The notes under the pieces are model-generated. The model was not told where the DNA came from and did not search any database. It saw nothing but the letters and a program-made list of their open reading frames with translations. Shown here in pieces: positions 34,901 through 43,900 of a stretch of DNA of 64,000 nucleotides. The translations under genes were made by a program, and so were the position numbers. Source of the DNA: Malacoraja senta (taxonomy: Eukaryota); NCBI GenBank assembly GCA_038087875.1, contig CM075987.1:20958001-21022000 (forward strand). Direction: 5' to 3'. Positions within the stretch are counted from its first letter, which is position 1. The number at the start of each line of letters is the position of its first letter.

Positions 34901-37900
34901 GCTGAGTCCCTCTCGCACTTTGAGTTTTGTTCAAGATTACAGTATCAGTAATTTCCTGTCTCCAACAAATGCATTGATTTGATGGGACAATGAATGTAAA
35001 GAAAGACATGTTTTGATTCCGTTTACTTTTTCTATCTTTTATGAATAAAATATAGTTTTTTAATAAAAAAAAGATTTTAGTGCTCAAATCTGTGAAGTGA
35101 AAGTTGAAGTCACAGCCTACTGAGGGAACAATCGCTACCTAGCCAGGGCCAACACATCTACGCACGATGTGTACCAAAATAGTGAACAGACCGATTTCAC
35201 CCAGAGGTGGCATTTGACAGGAAAACCTTGTGAAATTGTAACGACAAAGAGAAAAGCATGTTTCTCAAGGGGCACATTTTGAGAGGCAAAAGTCAAAAGG
35301 AGCAAGAATAGAAGAATTGTTTTTGAGTATCTTGGCCAGTGAGATAGATCATAGCGGCAGTACTGGGACATTTTCGGTAGCACCTGGACATTTCACCAGG
35401 GGCTCCCAGTTGCCATGACAACAATCGCCAGCTTCTCATCTGAGGTGGACTGGGCTATGAGCAGTATATCTAACCGTAACACGGCCTGCAATGCAGAACA
35501 TGGAGCAGCTGTTATCACTGCAAAGCAGCCAGATTAATCCGCAGCCCCTCACTCCGCCATCATGTACTCACCTCACCATCCTCTCTGCTTCAGTCAGATT
35601 TATGGGCCTGGCCTGGGATTTAATCTGTTTTGTTTATTCCATTGCCTGCAGCCGAGGGGGTGGAGGCATCAAAGGAAGTTTGTGGCAGCAGATTGGATCA
35701 CAGAATGGTTTAATGTGGTAAATATGTCTGTCTGTCTGAGACCAAGAAAGTACGAATGGGAAAGAAAGAGAGAGGAAGTGGAAGAGAGAGTGAGTTGGGA
35801 GGGAAAGAGTGAAGGAAAAGGGAGAAAAAATAAAGGCAAAGACAAAGAAACAAACGTTGTCACAGAAAGACAGAACTAGGCAAAAAGAAAGCAAGAGATA
35901 GAGACTCGAGCAACACAGTGAAGAAGGGAGCAAAATTGAGAATGAAGGACATAGAGAGGCAGACAATGTAGAGAAGGAATGAGAGCATGTGTTGAAAAGC
36001 AGAGCGAGCATGAAAGGCAGATTATGAAAGAATGGATGACTATCCCTCCAAGTATCCAGAACGAGCTGGCCTTCTGGTTCTAATTGCTTTCCACATGTTC
36101 CTCTCTTACATCTGCTTCTCATTTGGACAGATGAGCGGTTGCCAGATGTCCATTCATCATTTAGCAACTTCCAGGTGATACATCAAGTCAGCCTTGCTCA
36201 CTAGAAACTGGTCAAAATACCTTCCAACAGTTTTGAGCCTCAACTCACAAGAATATTATCTCCAAATATAAGGAACTAAAACATTGAAGATGCAAGGTAG
36301 CTTGCAAGGTACCATCCCAAGATGACATTGAAGAGAGAATACAGAATAGGCCCTTCGGCTCATAATGTCTGTTCCGAACATGATGCCAAGGCCAGTTCTT
36401 ATCCGTTGCACATAATCCCTCCATTCCCTAAATATTCATACGCCTATCCAAAAGTCTCTTAAATGCACTATCAAATCTGCCTCAACCACCATCCCCGGCC
36501 ATGCATTCCAGGCACTCACCACCCTCAGTGCAAAAATCTTGCCCTGAACATCTGCTCTTTACTGCTTCCCTCACCGTAAAGGGATGCCTGCTAGCATTTG
36601 ATTTTTCAGTCCTGAGAAAGAGGTTCTGACTGTCTTCCCCATCTATGCCTCTGATAATTTCATATACATCACTCAGGTTTCTCTGCAATCTCCAGCTCTG
36701 CAGAGTAAACAATCCAAGTCTGTCCACCCTCTTCCTGTGGCTAATACCCACTAATCCAGGCATCATTCTGGTAGATATCCTCTGCACCCTTTCCAAAGCC
36801 TTCACATCCTTCTTGTACTGGGGCAACCATAACTGCATGCAATACTCCAAATGCGGCATAACCAAAGTCTTATAAAGCTGCATCATGACTTCCTGACTCT
36901 TATACCCTGACCTATGAAACCAAGCATACCATATCCTTTCTTTACCACTCTTGTGTTGCCGCATTCATGGAGCTATGGACTTGGATCCCTTGAATTCTCT
37001 GCACATCAATGCTGCTAGTGATCATGCCATTAATTGTATATTTTCCCCTTACATTTGACCTCCCAAGGTGCAACCCTTGGACTTGCTCAGACTGCCATTT
37101 CTCCACCCACCCGTTGTAAACTTTGACAACCTTCCTCACAGTCTGCGACCCCACCACTCGTCACCTGCAAACTTACTAACCAACCTATTTACGTTTACGT
37201 CCAAGTCATATATATAAGGATAATTGATAGAAGTTGGATGGGAAATAGGAATGAAGAGCCTGTTAAAGTGCATTATCCCTGTAATTATCCAGCTTTAAAG
37301 TCAGTCAAGATTTTCATTCTGGATGGTGATGAGTTCCACGCACCATTGACGGAGTTCCTCCTGAACTCTCTCTTGGCCTTATTGGTGATCATCTTATATT
37401 TATGGTCGCAAACTAACAGTTCCCCACCATCGCAAATGCCTGCACTAATAAACACTCCAATAATCTCACATCAAACATCAGGCAGTCCCCAGCTTCCCCT
37501 TTCCGCAGAAAACATGACTGACCTTGCTAATAGATTAGCCTCTTGGTTCTGGCAACTTTTGAACTTATGTAACAGCAACATTGTTGAAAGAGTGGATTGA
37601 CAAGTGGATGAACTGATGTTGTAAGGAAGATGTGTAGGAAGAAACTGCAGATGCTGGTTTAAACTGAAGATAGACACAAAAATGCTGGAGTAGCTCAGCT
37701 CAGCGGGACAGGCAGAGATGCTGGCTGTCCCACTGAGTTTCTCCAACATTTTGGGTCCATCTTTGTTGTAAGGAAGGTGCTCAGTTTAGATCATTCAACC
37801 AACCTGAAGATTAGATCAACGCTCTGTGGAGAAATGGCTGAAGGGGCAATGGATAATTACCTGCCGCCCACAGACAGATCAGATATGGCATAATAATAGG

Positions 37901-40900
37901 AGCGCAGGACCTGGGGATCCTTGAAGAGATCGTCGCCAAAGGTGTTCAGTCGGTTTAAGGAGATGAGCAGATCAGTGGCCGTCACCCATTCCTGCAATGA
38001 AAGAAACACACCTGGTCAGAAAGTAAAGGCAGGAAGGATTGGGAGTGGGGGGAGGGTAGTGCAAAGCGGACGAGGGGGGTGCAAGGAGGAGGAGGGGTCA
38101 GGGTAGAAGAGGGGCAGGGTAGGAAAGGAGGGAGCAGGGGAGGAGTAGGAAGGAGTCATAATTGGGGATGTTGGAGGGGGGAATTGGAGAGGTTACGTAG
38201 GAGAGGGAGTGAGCAGAGGGAGTGAGCAGAGGGGGTGCAGAAGAGGTTAAAGGGTGGATTGGAGAAATTTGGAGCGAAGGTTTGGAGAGGGGAGGTAGGC
38301 GAGGATTTTGGAGAGGGAGTTGGAAATGGGGGCATGAAGGGGTAGGAGAGGTGGATAGGAATGGAGGTTGGAGATGGGTAGTAGGAGGGGGATAGGTGAA
38401 GAGGGTGGAGGATGGATATGTGAGCAGGTTGGAGGGGTTGTAGGACAAGGGAGGGGGAGAAGGAGAGGAGTGGGGGAGGGAAAGAGTGGGAAGAAAGAAT
38501 GAGGGGGAGGAGAAGGGAGGGAAAGGTAAGGAGGGGAGATAAGGTGGCTGGGAGAGTGGGGGCTAGGAGAGGGGGAGGAGAGAGTGGGCAGAAGAGGGAG
38601 TGTAGGAGAGGCAGCTACAGCCCCCTCTGTACCCAGATGTGTGGGCAGCAATGGACTGAATTTCCCCGCGATCGGTAAGCACCTTCTGAATGGATGCTTC
38701 CATGCATCCTGCCTGTTGTTTCAGGAGTGTTGACTGAAGTGCAGAGGGTGGGCTAGTGGTGGGCAACTACTGACAAACCATGGTCCCGTGAGGATGGGGA
38801 TCGGGAGCTGCTTATCTGCATGAATGATGGACAGGCAGGCAGTAACGTGACCTGCAGAAGCACTCAGACTGTCTGATCCTCCCAGAAGGGTTCAGTACAT
38901 TGTGTAACTACTACACAGCCAATGAAAACAAATCATGACGTGAAGCATTTATTGCACGAGGCCAGGAGAGCAGGGCACAACCTCATGTCCGACTTTAAGT
39001 TCACTCACGGGACACAAACAAGCTGACCTTCCGTGACTGCCTCTTGTTGCCAGGGATGATAGGTTAATGGACAATGAGTCTATAAAAAGTAATTAGAGCA
39101 CTAAAAGTGCTTGTGTCCTCTGTAAGTTATTAAAAGTACTCGAAAGGACAGAACAAGCAAAAATGATCCGATTCTGCATGAAAGATAGACACAAAATGCT
39201 GGAGTAACTCAGAGAGGCAGGCAGCATCTCTGGAGAGAAGGAATGGGTGACGTTTCGGAGATGCTGCCTGCCTCTCTGAGTTACTCCAGCATTTTGTGTC
39301 TATCTTTCATGCAGAATCGGATCATTTTTGCTTGTTCTGTCCTTCTTCAGACTGAGTCAGGGGGGAGGTAGATACAGAGATAAGGAAGGGTGAGGTGTGA
39401 AAAAATCCGATGGAAGACGGAAGTTCGATTCTGCATACTTGTTTCACGACTGGCTTTAATGCTATTGTAAAGGGTGAAAAAGTGGGGGGAAAAAGGAGCC
39501 AAGAGCGGCACGGTGGCGCAGCGGTAGAGTTGCTGCCTTACCGCGCCAGAGGCCCCGGTTCAATCCTCCTGACTACAGGTGCTGTCTGTACAGAGTTTGT
39601 TCGTTCTCCCTGTGACTGCATGGGTTTTCCTCAGTTGCTCCAGTTTCCTCCCACACGCCAAAGATATACAGGTTTGTATATCTTGTTAATTGGCTTCGGT
39701 AAAAATTGTAAATTGGCACTAGAATGTAGGATGGTGCTAGTATACGGGGATCACAGGTCAGCGTGGACCCGGCATGCCGAATGGCCTGTTTCCACGCTGT
39801 ATCTCTAAACTAAACTAAACTAAAATAAAGCTCATACAATAAAACCCCCAGCATTGTGCCAGCAGAGTTGTGGCCATCACTGTTGTGTAGCAAAGCCAAA
39901 CCCCAATGAGGTGAATTATAAGTACAAGACATCTGACAGTAAATGTTCTCTCCCTAAAAAAACGTCTAACAATAAAAGCAGAGTTGCTGTATCCAGAAGA
40001 AAAGAGGAAGATTCCAAGTTCTTCAGTTTCATTTTGAGTATTTGCCACTGGCATGGACAGGTTGGAGGGAAGGGGCATCAGACTAAGCCAGATCGCAAGG
40101 CCACAACATTCTTCTCGTAACGTAACAAAAGCAATCATCTATACAGTGCCTCCAATGTAGCAACAGACCCCAAGGCACTACAGAGGAACAATATCAAAGG
40201 AAAATGTTCAGTCGCAAAATATAAACACTGGAACAGATGTCGAAATGTTTGGCCAGAGTGGTGGGTTTTCAGGAACATCTTGAAGGAGAAATAGAGGTTG
40301 CACTGTTTTGGGAAGTGTTTCTGGAGATTCGGTCAGGGAATGAACAACGAACGGCTATTCCACCCTGGAGCCTCCAACATTGCAATGAGGGATTTGCTCC
40401 ATCTATCATTATTTTTACACAAGTGTGAATCTCCTACTCCTCAGTCAATTTATAAATAGACTCACAATCAGTGACATGTCTTTTATCTTTTTGTAATTTG
40501 GTAAGTGTGTCAGGCAAACAGATTGATGATCTCTCAGCATAGGGTCCAAGACTGAAAAGATCTCTCTCGATAGAGGCAGCCAGACTTTCTATTTTCTTGT
40601 TATCTTTTGTTTTATTTGAGATTTCGAACACCACGGTAATTAACCTGTAATTATGGCTGAGATGACTGCACCAAGTCTAGCGGGGATATTATGGACACCA
40701 CACAAACAGGTAAACAGAAATTCTGGAAGTTTTGATTTATTCAGTATCTGGAACCGTGAAAAAGCGTACTGGTTTCTTGGTGGTCTGACGTGACGAAACT
40801 AAAATGAAACAAGGCAGATTAGCAAATTTCTTGAACTATTTCCTTTCCCTTTCAGAAAATCTGCCTTTAACTTGAAAACATGTTCTGGTTCATAAAAATT

Positions 40901-43900
40901 AATGCCTGCACTTGTAGATAACTTTCAGCACATATAAATTATATAGGGGTTGTGACTGCAGTTTCTTTGAAGATGCGCAAAGAAAAGTTGATGGAGAGGG
41001 AACCTGCAGATGTAACGTTATTTAGATTTCGAAAAAGAATTTGGCAAGAGTCCAGTGCATAAATTAGGAGGTCAAGATACTGGAGGAAGTGTGTTAACAT
41101 AGATCAAAAATTATATCACATAGTTATCAGTAAAAGGAACCAGATAGTGGATTATTATCTACATGGAGAGAGACTGCAAATGTGCAACGTTCAGAGGGAT
41201 CTCGGTTCTTCGTACATGAATCACAACAAGTTGGCTGGCAGATCCAGCAAGTAGATAAGGCAGCAAACAATCTGTTGGTTTTATTACAAAGGGGCTGGAG
41301 ATGAAGAATAGTTTCAATTACATAGGAGGTTGGTATGGGCACGCAGGGAATAACATGCACAGTTTTAGTCCCCTTATCAAAAAAGGGTCTAGTGACATTA
41401 AAGGCAGTCCAAAGAAGATTCACCAGGTTAATTCCTCAGATGAGATGGTTGTCCTTTCAAGAGAGGTTGGACAATTTGAATCTATATTCCTTGGAGTTTA
41501 GTAGAATGAGTGATGACCTTATTCAAAGAGGCTTGACATGGGAGATGTTGAGATGTTTTCCAAGTGGGAGTCACAAACAAGGGACCAAAGCTACTAAAAT
41601 AAGGGGCCGGTCATTTCAAACAGAGGTTTGTCGACATTTCTTCTCTCAGGGGATAATGGCTCTCTGGAATTCTCTGCTCCCAAGGGTGGTGGAGGTCAGG
41701 TCATTACATATTATTTCAGCTGGAGAAAGATAAATATTTGAAAAATCAAGGGATTGAGGGTTATGGGGAACTGGCAGAGATGAAGAGTTGGGGGTAGCAG
41801 AGATCAGCCATGATCTGAAGAAGGGTCTCGACCCGAAACGTCACCCATTCCTTCTCTCCAGAGATGCTGCATGTCCCGCTGAGTTACTCCAGCATTTTGT
41901 GTCTATCTTCAGCCATGATCATATTGAATGAAGGGGCAGGGTTCAGGGGCAAGTGGGTACACCTGGTCCTGTTTTCTTGCATTCTTGTGACGGTGAAACC
42001 TGAAAAGAGGAAGGCTATTTTCTATCCATGGAAGTGTTTTGCATTTCACTGGCCTTTGCAGATTTTTTCCCCCCATTTATAATTGCAAATATGTGAAATA
42101 GAGGTCAATTTATTCCCTTTTTTTAATTTTATTTTTTTAAATTTTTATTTTTATTAGAAGTACAATTGTATACAATCATATTTTCATAATACCTTTTATG
42201 TACAGCTTCTTATTTAAAAAAAAAATTTGAAATAAAGAAGAAAAAGAAAAAAGTTAGGTAATGAAAAATAGAAAAATGTGAGATATATAGTGTGTGAAAA
42301 AGAAAAATAAAGAATGAAAAAAGAAAGTTGAGACATAGAAAATAGAAGAAAGAGAAGAAAAGAAGAGAAGAGAAGAAAAGAAAATAGAAGGAGATCATTT
42401 ATAATCTTGACCATCCGCAGTCACGGATTAGCTTTTACACCTGTTTTGCACCATACGTTTCCAAAAAGACGACAAATGGAGACCAACTCGTTATGAATTG
42501 GTCAAATTTATCTATTAGGAGGAATCGCATTTCCTCAAGATGTGCGGTATCCAACATACTTGCAATCCACATTTTGAGCGTTGGTATTGGTGTATTTTTC
42601 CAAAATTTCAATATTATTTTTTTTGCTATTATTAAACCATAATTAAAAATTGACTTTTCAGATGAGCTCAATTTGTTCCCGTCTTCCATTACCCCAAATA
42701 TAATCAATTCATTATTTGGTTCCATTTTTGTCTTAAATAATTTTGTAAATATTTCGAAAATATCACTCCAAAATCCATGAAGTTTTATACAAGAAACAAA
42801 AGAGTGTGTTATAGTTGCGTCTTGGGTTAAACATTTATCGCAAATGGGCGATATATTTGGATCAATTTATTCCCAACTGTGAAATGATTAATTAATGAAG
42901 TATAAACATATGAACAAGTGACAAAACACAAATTGTGGAAGAGGTAAAGAGAGAAACTGGAAAAAAAGCATTGAAAAAAGTTAGAGTAAAAAATACATCT
43001 TAACAAGTACATGTTGTAACAAAGTGTTTCATTAGTAAAACAGTGAATATCTATCTCAAAGCTGATAATGAGAAACAGCTAGGATCCAGAACCCAGTGAG
43101 TCCACAGAATTTTGATCATGTCTTTATGTACATGAGTAGAAATATTAAAATATGTTTACGTGAGGCTGAAATTAAACATCCCATGTGAGAAATGATTAGG
43201 ATATTTTATTTGGACCTCTCCTCAAAAGACTTTTGTGTACATGGGTTGAAGTAGCGGAAGGCACTGCTGCCAATGGTGCAGTGATTAAATTCAAGGGGGA
43301 GCTAAAGGCCACAGTTAGAGAACAAGACTGTCTAAGAGAATTATAGTGCTGGGAAAGATGGCAGTGATAGGGTGAGACAAGACGTAATAAGAAGGATAAA
43401 GGATATTTCAGAACGCAGTAAGTTCCAAAGCACTTCATAACCACTGATCTACCGATATAATGTAGGAAACGTGGCAGCCAATTTATGCACAGCTAGGTTT
43501 TGCAAGCTTAAATGTGCTAATGACCAACAATCTAGTTTAGTAAGAAGATAGACACAAAATGCTGGAGTATCTCAACGGGACAGGCAGCATCTCTGGAGAA
43601 AGGAATGGGTGATGTTTCGGGTCATGACCCTTCTTCAGACCCGAAACACATCACCTGTTCCTTTTTTCCAGAGATGTCTACTTTCGATTTACCAGCATCT
43701 GCAGTTCTTTCTGAAACATAGTAATGGATGGATAGTGGCCATTTGACTTTAGGGAGAGCTCTCATGCATCTTCATGATGCACTGACAATATGTTAATTTA
43801 CAACCACCAAGAAGGGCAGGTTTAGCCTCAGGTTAAGGGCAGCATTTGCAAGACATAGCCAGTTCTGGCACTGGGAGTCTCGGACTGGACTACGTGCTGA

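Noticed and set aside
38098..38651. Pro/Ser/Leu-rich ORFs
   Set aside because: Artefact of the low-complexity C/T-rich tract.
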